NCBI GenBank assembly: GCA_018675685.1
Contig: JABGXP010000007.1
Location: forward strand, 49,283-113,282
DNA from: a bacterium
GTDB lineage: Bacteria; Patescibacteriota; Minisyncoccia; Moranbacterales; DUUL01
Direction of reading: 5' to 3'
Length of the DNA stretch: 64,000 nucleotides
Positions within the stretch are counted from its first letter, which is position 1; each line of letters opens with the position of its first letter. The notes under the pieces are model-generated. The model did no database searches. It had not been told where the DNA came from and worked only from the letters and a program-made list of their open reading frames with translations. This document shows, piece by piece, positions 9,846 through 21,576 of the stretch. Both the position numbers and the translations under genes were made by a program.

Positions 9846-10508
9846 TTATAAATTGAAAACATTCATTAGCATTACCTTATTCTCAACATCCTCAAGATCT
9901 TTTTTCTTCAGAGAAATTCTTGATAGTTTATCCTTTATTGTTGTGCCTAATTCATTACAAAACTCAGTCTCATCATCAAGCTCTATGGTTAGACCATCAA
10001 TTTTGTAGTGCATAGGGATGATTATCTTTGGCTCAATTTGTCCAACAACCTTTTTTGCTCCCTTGGCATCAAGAGTGTAGGTTCCACCAATGGGAATCAT
10101 AAGAATATCGACATCACCAATTGCATCAATTTGATCTTCCGTTAATTCATGTCCCAAATCTCCAAGGTGACAAACGCGCAAGTCTTCTGTTTCAAAAACA
10201 AAAATTGTGTTTCTTCCACGATCAAGGCCTTCCTTATTGTCATGAAAACTACTAATTCCCTCAATAGTTACTCCTTGAATTGAAAATTCTCCAGGAGAAT
10301 CAGCAACAAAAAAGTCTCCCTTTAGAAGTTCTGTATCGTTATGATCATTATGATTATGTGAAACTGTTACAATATTTGCTTGTCCTTGAGGCCTTCGGAG
10401 TCCAATTGATTTGTCGAAGGGGTCAGTGATGATTACAACGTCTTCACCGCCTCGTTTTGCTTTTGTTTGAATCTTGAAACAAGAGTGGCCATACCAGGAA
10501 ATATTCAT
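9846..10508 (-). CDS. MBL-fold metallo-hydrolase (Lactamase_B_3-like)
   Basis: WYGHSCF, VSHNHNDHN, HLGDLGH, IPMHY. Confidence 0.9.
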   Translation of the reverse strand: MNISWYGHSCFKIQTKAKRGGEDVVIITDPFDKSIGLRRPQGQANIVTVSHNHNDHNDTELLKGDFFVADSPGEFSIQGVTIEGISSFHDNKEGLDRGRNTIFVFETEDLRVCHLGDLGHELTEDQIDAIGDVDILMIPIGGTYTLDAKGAKKVVGQIEPKIIIPMHYKIDGLTIELDDETEFCNELGTTIKDKLSRISLKKKDLEDVENKVMLMNVFNL

Positions 10509-10674
10509 GAGTTTCAGTCTTTAATTTTATGTTAACTATTTAATGATAGCAGAAATGAGAGCAAAAGTCTACTAATTTTTGATAATTATTTTTGCAAAGT
10601 AACAAGTAGAATGCAACAATTAGAGGACATTCTTTGGTTTATTTGTCTCTTAAACAAAGGTGTTAAGATTGTGA

Positions 10675-10703
10675 TTGACTTTTATGAGTAAAGATTGTAT
10701 TAT
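10675..10703 (+). promoter_or_regulatory. sigma70 promoter of tRNA-Pro
   Basis: TTGACT-17nt-TATTAT. Confidence 0.6.
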
Positions 10704-10748
10704 AGGACTGTTTTAGCCTTTGGTTTAAGAGGCACAATGATAAATATG

Positions 10749-10819
10749 CGGGGCGTGGTGTAACGGTAGCACGAGCGCTTTGGGAGCGTTTAGCCCGAGT
10801 TCGATTCTCGGCGCCCCGA
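10749..10819 (+). tRNA. tRNA-Pro(TGG)
   Basis: Cloverleaf: CGGGGCG/CGCCCCG acceptor, anticodon loop TTTGGGA, GTTCGATT T-loop; C1-G72 and A73; CCA not encoded. Confidence 0.92.
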
Positions 10820-10825
10820 CAAAAG

Positions 10826-10856
10826 AAAAAGACGATGCATGATGCTCGTCTTTTTT
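10826..10856. terminator. Bidirectional terminator between tRNA-Pro and trpS
   Basis: AAAAAGACGA..TCGTCTTTTTT hairpin between convergent genes. Confidence 0.75.
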
Positions 10857-10869
10857 ATTTTTCCAAAAT

Positions 10870-11985
10870 CTATAAGCCCATCTTTTGTTTCACCTCTTCT
10901 AATTTCCCCGTAGCTATTTTTTTAGTCTGGGTTTTCCCTTGGTCTAGAATTTTCTGGACATTTTCATCGGAAATAGCATTATATCTTTCTTGAAAAGGTG
11001 AAAGAAAAGCAACAATTGATTCAGCAAGCTCTTCTTTGAATTCTTTAAAACCTTTTCCTTTAAAGTGAGTCACAAGTTCCTCAGGAGTTTTGTCTGAAGT
11101 TAGTGAAAAAATATTCAAGAGATTTTTAATAGCCGGTCGCTCATCTGTGTATTCAATGGTATTGCCACTGTCAGTAACAGCTTTTTTGATTTTATTTCTG
11201 ATTTCATCCGCTGAATCCAGAAGGTCGATTCTATTATATTCAGAAGGTGCAGATTTTGACATTTTCTTGTTAGGGTCATCAAGCCCCATAATTCGCTTTC
11301 CTTCTTTCTTTGTATATTTCTCTGGAATTTTAAAAGTTTCACCAAAACGATCATTAAATCTTCTGGCTAATCTTCTAGTGAGTTCAATATGCTGCTCTTG
11401 ATCCTTCCCGACAGGAACTAAGTCAGTATTATACAGAAGAATATCAGCTGCCATGAGAACAGGGTAGTCATAAAGACCAACGCTGACAGAATTGAATTGT
11501 TCCTTGAAGTTTTTAAATTCTGCAAGGGTGAGTTTTGCAATAATATTTTTTAACTCTTTATTTGTTTTCTCTTTCATGTTTGAAATCTCCGCTTTTGCAT
11601 TTTCAGTAAGATATTTTTCTAATTTATCAAAATCAGCTCCTGATTTTTGCTTGAACTGAGTCATTTTGGTTAAATCTCCGTTTTGCGTGATGGTGTTTAA
11701 CAGCCATGCCAACTCTGTGTGTTCGGTTACGTCTGATTGCACAAAAATAGTTGATTTGGCAGGATCGATTCCAGCGGCTAGGTATATTTTCGCGACTTCA
11801 ATAATTCTTTTGCGTAATTCCTGTGGATCCTGTGGAGTTGTGATTGCATGCAGATCAACCACGCAAAAGAAGGAATTGTGAGATTCTTGAAGCTGCACCC
11901 AGTTTTTAATCGCACCGAGATAATTTCCAAGGTGAAGGCTTCCCGAAGGTTGAATCCCTGAAAAAATAATTGGATTGTTTTCCAT
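10870..11985 (-). CDS. trpS: Tryptophan--tRNA ligase with an internal insertion
   Basis: SGIQPSG-HLGN, YPVLMAADILLY, VPVGKDQ, KMSKS. Confidence 0.97.
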   Translation of the reverse strand: MENNPIIFSGIQPSGSLHLGNYLGAIKNWVQLQESHNSFFCVVDLHAITTPQDPQELRKRIIEVAKIYLAAGIDPAKSTIFVQSDVTEHTELAWLLNTITQNGDLTKMTQFKQKSGADFDKLEKYLTENAKAEISNMKEKTNKELKNIIAKLTLAEFKNFKEQFNSVSVGLYDYPVLMAADILLYNTDLVPVGKDQEQHIELTRRLARRFNDRFGETFKIPEKYTKKEGKRIMGLDDPNKKMSKSAPSEYNRIDLLDSADEIRNKIKKAVTDSGNTIEYTDERPAIKNLLNIFSLTSDKTPEELVTHFKGKGFKEFKEELAESIVAFLSPFQERYNAISDENVQKILDQGKTQTKKIATGKLEEVKQKMGL

Positions 11986-12150
11986 ATTTACAAAAATAAA
12001 AGTTAAATTCTTTCTTCATAATACTTTAATTGAAGGTGGTTTGCAATAATTATTTTTAAAAAATAAAATAAAGCATAAATTTTATTTATACTGAAAAATA
12101 TAGTATAATGAAAGACAGTGTTTAAATAGGAGAAGTAAAAATAAAAAAAA

Positions 12151-13188
12151 ATGGAAAGAAGAAACGAAGCTTTTGAAAACTTAATTCCAGATCCTAAAAA
12201 ACCAACACTAAATGAATATTATGAGAAGTTTAAAATAAGCTTCCGTCGGATTTGGAAAAATCGTTTTTTGTGGTTTTGGGGGATGTTTTTACCTGGTTCT
12301 GCTGGAATAGGCTTCAATGTTGAAGAGCAGCTTTCAAAATTAAAACCAGAACAAATAAACAGTTGGCAAACATTTATTGAAAGTAATTTTGAATCGATAG
12401 CCTTTCTTTCTGCAGTAGTCTTGCTTTTTTGGATTTTTATTTGGTGCATTTCTACCATTTCTCGTTCGGGGGTTATTCAGTCACTGAACTGTTTGCATAA
12501 TCCCAAAAATAGAAGAAAATTAGATTGCGGCAGAGTCTGGAAGATGGGTAAAAAAGACTTCAAAAATCTTTTATTGCTAGACTTTTTCATTGGATTAGCT
12601 ATTTTGATTGTATTTTTAATTCTGTTTACTCCTGTGGCGATTATGATTCTAACGGGCAATCAAGCAGGAGCGATATTCATTTTTATCATACTTTTAATTT
12701 TCTTTTTCTTTTTCATGGTTTTTATGAATTATTTATTACAAATTTCTACAATTTACGTTGTTTTAGCAAATTTAGAAATTTTTATAGCAATTAAACTTGC
12801 CTCAAGATTGATAATGAGAAATCTATTCGAAACAGCGAAATTATTTTCAATTTTCTTTTTGATAGGGGTATTACAGGGAACGGTCTTTCTATTGGCTATC
12901 ACAGCGATAATGCCTTTTTGGGGAAAAATGATGAATCTTTGGTTTGCCTTATATGAAAACTCTTTTTCTGAGTGGATCTTGTTTAGCTCTGTCTTAGTAA
13001 TAGTGTTAACAGTCTTATTTCTTTTTACGAAAATAATATTTTCACTTTGGATCCAAGATATTTGGCTTTGGTGGGTGCAGGAAATTGGGGGTAATAAGAT
13101 TGAGCTAGAAGAGAAGAAACTAATTCAAGAGGAGAAACTAATGAAGATGGGCGTTGCAATAGGTGCTAAAAGTGCAATCGGTAGTTAA
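12151..13188 (+). CDS. Hypothetical polytopic membrane protein
   Basis: About 6 TM helices; IWKNRFLWFWG N-terminal motif. Confidence 0.75.
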   Translation: MERRNEAFENLIPDPKKPTLNEYYEKFKISFRRIWKNRFLWFWGMFLPGSAGIGFNVEEQLSKLKPEQINSWQTFIESNFESIAFLSAVVLLFWIFIWCISTISRSGVIQSLNCLHNPKNRRKLDCGRVWKMGKKDFKNLLLLDFFIGLAILIVFLILFTPVAIMILTGNQAGAIFIFIILLIFFFFFMVFMNYLLQISTIYVVLANLEIFIAIKLASRLIMRNLFETAKLFSIFFLIGVLQGTVFLLAITAIMPFWGKMMNLWFALYENSFSEWILFSSVLVIVLTVLFLFTKIIFSLWIQDIWLWWVQEIGGNKIELEEKKLIQEEKLMKMGVAIGAKSAIGS

Positions 13189-13210
13189 TAAAAATAGTTA
13201 AGTTTAAAAC

Positions 13211-14185
13211 ATGGAGATTATTATTTGGACAGCAATTTTCTTTTTCAGTCTCACGATTCTAGTTAAGGCCTCTGATTTTTTTACTGACGCTGCTGAAGAG
13301 ATCGGACTATTTTTTAAATTACAGCCTTTTTTGATTGGAGTTACGATTGTTGCACTAGGAACATCTTTACCAGAACTAGTATCTTCACTATTTGCTTTGC
13401 ATAGTGGTGCTTCAGAAATTGTTTCAGGGAATGTCGTGGGGTCTAATATTACAAATATTTGTCTAGTGTTAGGTATAACAGCTGTTGTGGGAAAAAAGAT
13501 GAAACTGGACTACGAGATTCTCAATGTAGATTTACCTCTTTTGATTAGCTCTGCTTTTATTCTAGGTATCACGATCTATGATGGTAAGTTTACATTCTGG
13601 GAAGCTGTTCTATGTTTGGTTGGGATAATAATTTATTTTGTTAGAATTGTTTCTTCGGAAAAGAAAGGCGAAAAAGCTAAGCAAAAAGGAGAGCAGTTAG
13701 AGAAATACCTCAAGAAGGAGCTCCACTGGACTAAAAAAATACCGATTAAAGAGTTCATTACTCTAATTATTGCAGGTGTTTTTATTTTTCTAAGCGCAAA
13801 GTATACAGTTGATGCTGCTGTGAAAGTTTCTGAACTATTGAATATTGGGGCAGAAATTATAGCTGCTTCGATTATTGCACTCGGAACTTCTTTGCCAGAG
13901 TTAGCGGTTAGTTTGACTGCAGCGAAGAAAGGAAAGGCTGAAATAGCAGTTGGGAATATTCTAGGCTCTAATATTTTTAATGCACTTGGAGTGATGGGTA
14001 TCACAGGGTTATTCGGCGTATTAATAATTCCTCAGAGCATTCTTATTTTTGGTCTGCCTCTTATGGTTATTACGACATTTGTTGTATTGTTTGTCACCCA
14101 AGATAAGGAGGTGACAAAATGGGAGGGATACTTTCTTTTACTTTTCTACGTCTTTTATATTGGAAAAATATTCAACATACTATAA
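13211..14185 (+). CDS. Calcium/sodium antiporter (YrbG/CaCA family)
   Basis: Two alpha repeats GTSLPEL..GNVVGSN and GTSLPEL..GNILGSN. Confidence 0.93.
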   Translation: MEIIIWTAIFFFSLTILVKASDFFTDAAEEIGLFFKLQPFLIGVTIVALGTSLPELVSSLFALHSGASEIVSGNVVGSNITNICLVLGITAVVGKKMKLDYEILNVDLPLLISSAFILGITIYDGKFTFWEAVLCLVGIIIYFVRIVSSEKKGEKAKQKGEQLEKYLKKELHWTKKIPIKEFITLIIAGVFIFLSAKYTVDAAVKVSELLNIGAEIIAASIIALGTSLPELAVSLTAAKKGKAEIAVGNILGSNIFNALGVMGITGLFGVLIIPQSILIFGLPLMVITTFVVLFVTQDKEVTKWEGYFLLLFYVFYIGKIFNIL

Positions 14186-14200
14186 TGGTATAAAGAATTC

Positions 14201-14231
14201 AAAAAACACCAGTCCAAAACTGGTGTTTTTT
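14201..14231. terminator. Bidirectional terminator
   Basis: AAAAAACACCAGT/ACTGGTGTTTTTT between convergent genes. Confidence 0.8.
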
Positions 14232-14250
14232 ATTTTTAAGGTAACTTATT

Positions 14251-15768
<1,518 letters not shown>

Positions 15769-15845
15769 TTAGTAATTTAAAGGCTATAATAAAATATAAT
15801 TTAAATTATACTGGAGAATTTATTTTTTATCAATTAAAAGGCAAT

Positions 15846-17669
15846 ATGAAACATATCGCAATCTTAGATTTTGGATCACAATATACACACCTTATAGCGA
15901 GGACCATTCGTGAATTAGGTGTGTTGGCAAAAATATACAACAATGATGTTTCAATAGAAGATTTGAAAGGAAAAGCTAGTGGTATAATTCTCTCTGGTGG
16001 ACCACAATCCGTGTTTGGCAAGGAGAGCTTGCGAATAGAAAAAGGAGTTCTGGAAATGAGAGTTCCAGTTTTGGGAATTTGCTATGGACACCAACTTCTG
16101 GCCCATATTTTAGGTGGTGTCGTGAAGACGGGGAATGTTGGAGAGTATGGAAAGGCAGAGCTTGGGATAGTGGGGAGGAGTAAAATTTTTGAGGGAATTT
16201 CAAGTGGTTCACAAGTTTGGATGAGTCACGGTGATTCTGTCACAAAAGTGCCTCAAGATTTTGAGGCTATAGGAGAGACAACGGATTGTGAGATCACAGC
16301 AATGGCAAACAATAAGAGAAAGATATTTGGTCTTCAGTTCCATCCGGAAGTAGCACATTCGGAAAAAGGAGTCAAAATGATTGAAAACTTTGTACTTGAT
16401 ATTTGCGATTCCAAAAAAGATTGGAAGATTGAGAACATTGCAGATGAGCTAATCGAGAAAATTAAAAAGCAGGTTGTCGAAAGAAAGGTTTTTATTTTGG
16501 TGAGCGGTGGGGTTGATTCAAATGTTGCATTTGCGCTTCTGACCAAAGCTCTGGGTGAGGATAGAGTGAAAGGTTTGTATATAAACACTGGTTTCATGAG
16601 ACAAGATGAGTCAAAAAGAATAATGAAACGATTCAAGCACATGGGGTTTTCTAATTTGGAAATTATGGACGCAGGTGGAATGTTTTTTGAAAAACTTGTA
16701 GATGTTTATGAGCCAGAGGAGAAAAGGACAATCATTGGTAGAGCTTTTTTGGATGCAAAGGATTTGGCAGCAGAAAAGATGGGATTGGATGTGGATCAAT
16801 GGCTTTTGGGGCAAGGAACAATCTACCCTGATACAATCGAATCTGGAGGAACAAAGAATTCAAATAAAATAAAAACACATCACAACAGGGTTGATGCCAT
16901 AACTAAGATGCTCGAAAAAGGGCTTATCATTGAACCAATAGTTGACTTGTATAAGGATGAAGTGCGAAAGATTGGAAGGTTATTAAATCTGCCAAAAGAA
17001 TTAGTTGATAGGCATCCTTTCCCTGGCCCAGGTCTTGCAATCAGGTGTCTATGTTGGGATGTTGGTAAGAGGGATGAAGTTGACATAGCGCAAATTGATA
17101 AAAAAATTGAAGAATTTTGCATTGAAAAGAAATTTGATATCTTTTCAAAAATATTGCCGATTAAATCTGTTGGAGTGCAGGGTGATAATCGTACATATGC
17201 TCATCCCCTGGTGGTTTTTGGTGAGAATGACTGGGATAGACTAAGTGAAATTTCCTCGGCTATTACAAACGCCAATAAAGAGGTCAATAGAGTTGTCTTA
17301 TTGTTGAACAAGAAAGAAAAAGAAAATCCAATTTTTTACCTATCGAAAAAATCAATTTTTTTGTCAAAAGGCAGAATTGAATTACTTAGAAAAATCGACC
17401 GTATTGTTTCAGATATAATAAGAGATAGAAATATTTACGCAGACATCGATCAATTTCCAGTTGTGTTAGTTCCGATTTGTGATAAACATGGCAGAGAGTC
17501 AATTGTGCTGCGACCTATTAATACGAGAGATTTCATGACGCTCCAGTTTTATAAAATGCAAAAGGATGTATTAATTGAAATCGTCAAAGAGATTGATAAA
17601 GTTGAAGAAATAAGTTATATATTCTTTGATGTAACGAATAAGCCGCCTGGAACGACTGAGTGGGAATAA
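15846..17669 (+). CDS. guaA: GMP synthase (glutamine-hydrolysing)
   Basis: ILDFGSQY, GICYGHQ, QFHPEV, SGGVDS, HPFPGPGL, KPPGTTEWE; likely start ATG 15846. Confidence 0.96.
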   Translation: MKHIAILDFGSQYTHLIARTIRELGVLAKIYNNDVSIEDLKGKASGIILSGGPQSVFGKESLRIEKGVLEMRVPVLGICYGHQLLAHILGGVVKTGNVGEYGKAELGIVGRSKIFEGISSGSQVWMSHGDSVTKVPQDFEAIGETTDCEITAMANNKRKIFGLQFHPEVAHSEKGVKMIENFVLDICDSKKDWKIENIADELIEKIKKQVVERKVFILVSGGVDSNVAFALLTKALGEDRVKGLYINTGFMRQDESKRIMKRFKHMGFSNLEIMDAGGMFFEKLVDVYEPEEKRTIIGRAFLDAKDLAAEKMGLDVDQWLLGQGTIYPDTIESGGTKNSNKIKTHHNRVDAITKMLEKGLIIEPIVDLYKDEVRKIGRLLNLPKELVDRHPFPGPGLAIRCLCWDVGKRDEVDIAQIDKKIEEFCIEKKFDIFSKILPIKSVGVQGDNRTYAHPLVVFGENDWDRLSEISSAITNANKEVNRVVLLLNKKEKENPIFYLSKKSIFLSKGRIELLRKIDRIVSDIIRDRNIYADIDQFPVVLVPICDKHGRESIVLRPINTRDFMTLQFYKMQKDVLIEIVKEIDKVEEISYIFFDVTNKPPGTTEWE

Positions 17670-17782
17670 CTGTTTTGCTGCTAGATTCAACAGAAGGAAT
17701 AAGCCGTTAAGTGGGTTTTGATTCGGAATAAAAACAGAATAAAAAAGTGGTGCTGATGGTTTTGAATAATAAATATAAACAC

Positions 17783-19210
17783 ATGAGAGAATTTTTTACA
17801 GAAATAAGGAAAGAGCGAGAAAAGATCAAGGAAAACAAAAGGGATAAGCATGGAAGATACCGTGTTAATAAAGCTGATTATGAAACAATATTAATCCATA
17901 ACATTCCTTATTTTTTTACTTGTGATGAAGCTGATAAACTCAAATATTTTAAGAATCATTCGATTGTGATTAAAGAGGGGATTATTCTGGAAGTAAAGCC
18001 GAAAGAAGAATTGGACCCGAATGATTTTGATCTTGTCTATGATGCTGGCAAACGAGGAGGGACTGTTATTACACCAGGCTTTATTAATGCTCATGCTCAT
18101 CCCCCAATGTATCTCCTGCGAAGCTCAATGGATTTAGACGAAGGGGATAATATTGATGAAACTTTAGATAAGTTACCTAAGTGGGAATCAAAAATGACCG
18201 AGGAAGACCTAGCTCTTAGCACAGTGGGGGATTTAACGGAGCAACAAAAATTTGGAGTGACAACAACCTTTAGTCACTATAACTGCTTTGATCCAATCGA
18301 GGCAGCAGCAAAACTAACAAACCAAAATGTTATCAATGGGATCAGTGTTGCTTCGCACGTGTCACCTGAAAACTCCCCAGCGCTAATTGAAAAACTTCTA
18401 AAAGGGAAAAACAATTCACACTCAAAATTAGCTATGGCTGTTCATTATTTATACAAAGCTAGTCCAGAAGTGCTAGAAAAGGTGAGAGAATTAATCAAAA
18501 AGCATGACTTACTTTTTACATGTCACATGTCCGAGAGCGAGAGAGTTGTTGAGGAGACACTAAAAAATCATAAAATGAGAGAAGTGGAGGTCCTGGAACA
18601 TTATGGTCTTTTAAATAAAAATACAATTCTTTCTCACGCGATTCATTTGCGGGATGAAGAAATAGCTCGTGTCACGAAAGCTGAAGTAGGGATTGTTCAT
18701 TTACCAACTTCGAACAGGATTCACAAGAGCGGAGTATTTCCATACTGGAAGTATCATGACATGGGTGGATTTAAAAATATTGCACTTGGAACTGACAGCG
18801 TTGTGTCTAAAAGCCGCTTAGATATCTTGACAGAGGCATACCGAGCAAGAACGACTCATCTTTATATAAAGACAATTAAATTTGGTTCGTTGTTTAAAAT
18901 GATGACAATTAATGCTGCAAAAATTCTAAATATGCCTAAACACGGAAAAATTTTGCCAGGCTATAAAGCCGATCTTGTCTTTTGGAAACTAAAAGATCGT
19001 GGTTTTGTGCCATTTGATAGAAACAATCCCTTCACCTTAATTGGAAATATAATCACACATAGCGGACGTGTTGCTCGTGATGTGATGATAGGTGGACATT
19101 TTGTGATTCGTTCAAGAAAACATCTCCTAGTCAATGAGAGTAGACTGTTAGATATTTTACAAGAAAAACATATGTGTATGAGGGAGAAAATAAAAACAGA
19201 TCAAGATTGA
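17783..19210 (+). CDS. Amidohydrolase-family deaminase (MTA/SAH- or guanine-deaminase-like)
   Basis: PGFINAHAH, CHMSES, LSHAIH, LGTDS, GKILPGYKADL; likely start ATG 17783. Confidence 0.85.
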   Translation: MREFFTEIRKEREKIKENKRDKHGRYRVNKADYETILIHNIPYFFTCDEADKLKYFKNHSIVIKEGIILEVKPKEELDPNDFDLVYDAGKRGGTVITPGFINAHAHPPMYLLRSSMDLDEGDNIDETLDKLPKWESKMTEEDLALSTVGDLTEQQKFGVTTTFSHYNCFDPIEAAAKLTNQNVINGISVASHVSPENSPALIEKLLKGKNNSHSKLAMAVHYLYKASPEVLEKVRELIKKHDLLFTCHMSESERVVEETLKNHKMREVEVLEHYGLLNKNTILSHAIHLRDEEIARVTKAEVGIVHLPTSNRIHKSGVFPYWKYHDMGGFKNIALGTDSVVSKSRLDILTEAYRARTTHLYIKTIKFGSLFKMMTINAAKILNMPKHGKILPGYKADLVFWKLKDRGFVPFDRNNPFTLIGNIITHSGRVARDVMIGGHFVIRSRKHLLVNESRLLDILQEKHMCMREKIKTDQD

Positions 19211-19232
19211 TGTGTGATTTTTAAAAAATATA

Positions 19233-19266
19233 TAACAAAAAACAGCCAAGAAGCTGTTTTTTGTTA
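19233..19266. terminator. Bidirectional terminator
   Basis: TAACAAAAAACAGC/GCTGTTTTTTGTTA. Confidence 0.8.
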
Positions 19267-19271
19267 GTCGG

Positions 19272-19345
19272 TGGATGCTAAGAGATTCGAACTCCTGACC
19301 CCCTCGGTGTAAACGAGGTGCTCTAACCAACTGAGCTAAGCATCC
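19272..19345 (-). tRNA. tRNA-Val(TAC)
   Basis: GGATGCT TAGCTCAGTTGGTTAGAGC; anticodon arm CCTCG-TTTACAC-CGAGG; GTTCGAATC. Confidence 0.95.
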
Positions 19346-19397
19346 ATAGTTTTTGAAGGGCTGTTCTTTTCTCTCTGGCATTTTTTAAAAAAGAGTG

Positions 19398-19481
19398 TGC
19401 CCCGAGAGAGATTTGAACTCTCATGCGCACAAGGCGCCACGGCCCTCAACCGTGCGTGTATACCAATTCCCCCATCGGGGC
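19398..19481 (-). tRNA. tRNA-Leu(GAG)
   Basis: GCCCCGA acceptor, CACGG-TTGAGGG-CCGTG, long variable arm, GTTCAAATC. Confidence 0.93.
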
Positions 19482-19518
19482 GCCTGCTTTTAATGTTCAG
19501 ACTAGGAAACAAGAATGA

Positions 19519-19938
19519 TTACTTCTCTTCCTCCTTTTTCTTCTCTGGTTTCTGATTCATTCCCTTAATCATTTCCTCCTCCTCTTTTGTTACATCAATC
19601 GCTTTCATTTTAGCTGATTTTCCAGATCGTTCTCTCATGTAGTAAATTTTAGAACGTCTGACTTTGCTGTGTCGAAGAATTTCAATTTTTTCTACAGTTG
19701 GCATGTAAATTGGGAAGGTCACCTCAACACCAATTTTCTGAGACTCTCTTCTAACTGTAATTGTAGGAGAAGAGCTTTGCATGCCTTTAATAGCGATTAT
19801 AAGTCCTTTGAAGACCTGAACTCTCTCTTTGTCTCCCTCTTTAATTTTTTTGTGAACACGAACAATATCACCGACCTGAAGTTTAGGTAGCTCTTTTGTT
19901 TGTTGTGATTTGTTGAAATCAATAACTTTCTGATCCAT
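19519..19938 (-). CDS. rplS: 50S ribosomal protein L19
   Basis: GDIVRVHKKIKEGDKERVQVFKG, KVRRSKIYYMRERSGK. Confidence 0.97.
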   Translation of the reverse strand: MDQKVIDFNKSQQTKELPKLQVGDIVRVHKKIKEGDKERVQVFKGLIIAIKGMQSSSPTITVRRESQKIGVEVTFPIYMPTVEKIEILRHSKVRRSKIYYMRERSGKSAKMKAIDVTKEEEEMIKGMNQKPEKKKEEEK

Positions 19939-19986
19939 ATAGAAAGGTTGTAAAGTCTTAAAAAAGCTTTCTGAAAAGCTTTATCA

Positions 19987-20015
19987 AAGATAGCCTATTT
20001 TTTTGATTTGGTCAA
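19987..20015 (-). promoter_or_regulatory. sigma70 promoter of rplS-tRNA unit
   Basis: TTGACC-17nt-TATCTT. Confidence 0.55.
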
Positions 20016-20095
20016 GGACTTAGCTGATCAATGTATTTAGAGAATTTTTTACGATATGTTACTATAAGAGCAAATAATAAAATAATATCATACAG

Positions 20096-20503
20096 ATGGT
20101 GAAAGAAAGTATAATCAAAGAGAAAAAAGGAGCAAATTTTTTTGGCTTTGAAGCTATTGATGAAGCTGGGAGAGTTCATCATAATCTTGCTGTAATACGC
20201 GGGAATGGAACATTAAAATTAACCAGCAGTGCACTTATTTTTGAACGTTGGTTGCCAAAAAAAACTTTTAGTATACCCCTTGAAAAAATTGAAAAGATTG
20301 AGATAAAGAGAATACACAATCTTAAAACAAAGTTGCTCCCAATTTTAAGGGTATATTTCGCAGGTCAAGAAAGTTTTCAAATTTTAGGTGTCTGCCTAGG
20401 ATTTAAAAAGGCAACAATGGAATGGCAAGAGGAGATCGAGAAGGCTATGGTTGTTAGTGGAAAAAATATTGCTAAAGATAATATTAAAAACCAAAATGAC
20501 TAA
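20096..20503 (+). CDS. Hypothetical protein (possible PH/GRAM-like fold)
   Basis: GNGTLKLTSSALIFE..FSIPLEKIEKIE pattern and a terminal helix containing W. Confidence 0.55.
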   Translation: MVKESIIKEKKGANFFGFEAIDEAGRVHHNLAVIRGNGTLKLTSSALIFERWLPKKTFSIPLEKIEKIEIKRIHNLKTKLLPILRVYFAGQESFQILGVCLGFKKATMEWQEEIEKAMVVSGKNIAKDNIKNQND

Positions 20504-21441
20504 AAACCATCAAAAAATTCTTCAGGGATGGGCGAGTTAAACTCGTATTTTTTTCCATCAGCATAAGAAAATTTAAGTTGACTTGCATGGAGAAGGAATC
20601 TCTTAAAATCCTTATTTTCTTGCGTGTGTTTCTCTAGCTGATACATTTTGTCACCAACAATTGGATGCCCGATTGAATGTAGGTGAACTCTGATCTGATG
20701 TTTCCTGCCCGTTTTTGGCATTGTTAAAATTAGCGATTTTGTTTTATCCAAAGATTCTTTTTGTAGTTTATATTTCGTTAAAGCCTGCTTGGCGCTCCCT
20801 AATTTAGAAGCATATTTACTAGTAGATTGTTTTAAGGGGTTTGATTTTGATCTTCCAATATATAGACTTACCAAGCCTTCTTTTTTTGAGAGAGTGCCCC
20901 AACAAATAGCTGAATATTGTTTTATGACACCATGATTTTTAAAGAGATCCTTGAAGAAATCAAAAGCAGTTTGATTTTTTGGAACAATAAGTAAACCAGA
21001 AGTATATTTATCTAGTCGGTGCACTATTCCTGGTCGCATCGGGTTTTCACCAATATTTTGGAGTTTTGGAAATTTTGCTATTAAGCCATTTGCCAATGTT
21101 TCATCCGGCTCTTTCTCTGAAGGGTGTACGGATATTCCAGCAGGTTTTTCGATGATTAAAAAATCAGAATGTTCATACAGAACATTAATCTCAATGTTTG
21201 AATTGGCAATTGTTTTTCTAATTGTTTCCTGAAAGGAAATATCTACTTCTATTTTGTCATGCTCTCTTGTGACATAATTAGGTTTCGTTTTTTCACCATT
21301 CACTAAGACATTACCCCCTTTAATTTCTTTTTTGAAATTTTCTCGCGTTATTTGCGTAAAATTTTGAGCAAGAAGTTTGTCGATCCTTGTTCCTGATTGT
21401 TGAAGAGGCGTGAAGGTTTCTTGAATTTTATTTAAATGCAT
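20500..21441 (-). CDS. RluA/RluD-family pseudouridine synthase with S4 domain
   Basis: RIDKLL S4 domain, KPAGISVHP, GIVHRLDKYTSG, TGRKHQIRVH, HPIVGD. Confidence 0.93.
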   Translation of the reverse strand: MHLNKIQETFTPLQQSGTRIDKLLAQNFTQITRENFKKEIKGGNVLVNGEKTKPNYVTREHDKIEVDISFQETIRKTIANSNIEINVLYEHSDFLIIEKPAGISVHPSEKEPDETLANGLIAKFPKLQNIGENPMRPGIVHRLDKYTSGLLIVPKNQTAFDFFKDLFKNHGVIKQYSAICWGTLSKKEGLVSLYIGRSKSNPLKQSTSKYASKLGSAKQALTKYKLQKESLDKTKSLILTMPKTGRKHQIRVHLHSIGHPIVGDKMYQLEKHTQENKDFKRFLLHASQLKFSYADGKKYEFNSPIPEEFFDGF

Positions 21442-21517
21442 AAAAAAGTAAAAAGTTTTAATGGTCTATATATTAACAATAGCCTAGAAGGAAAAGTTTT
21501 TCAATTTTAAAAAACAA

Positions 21518-21550
21518 CACCCTGAGACATATTGCTATTGTCTCAGGGTG
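21518..21550 (-). terminator. Long-stem terminator after 21577..22077
   Basis: CACCCTGAGACA/TGTCTCAGGGTG 12-bp stem followed by U-rich sequence on minus. Confidence 0.7.
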
Positions 21551-21576
21551 AGTAGCGCTTTGCGCTGATAATTTTT

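Noticed and set aside
11491-11640. Intein in trpS
   Set aside because: Too short and lacks intein terminal residues; kept as a plain insertion.
19157-19381. ORF overlapping tRNA-Val (likewise 22281..22529 over tRNA-Leu/Ser)
   Set aside because: Shadow translations of tRNA genes.
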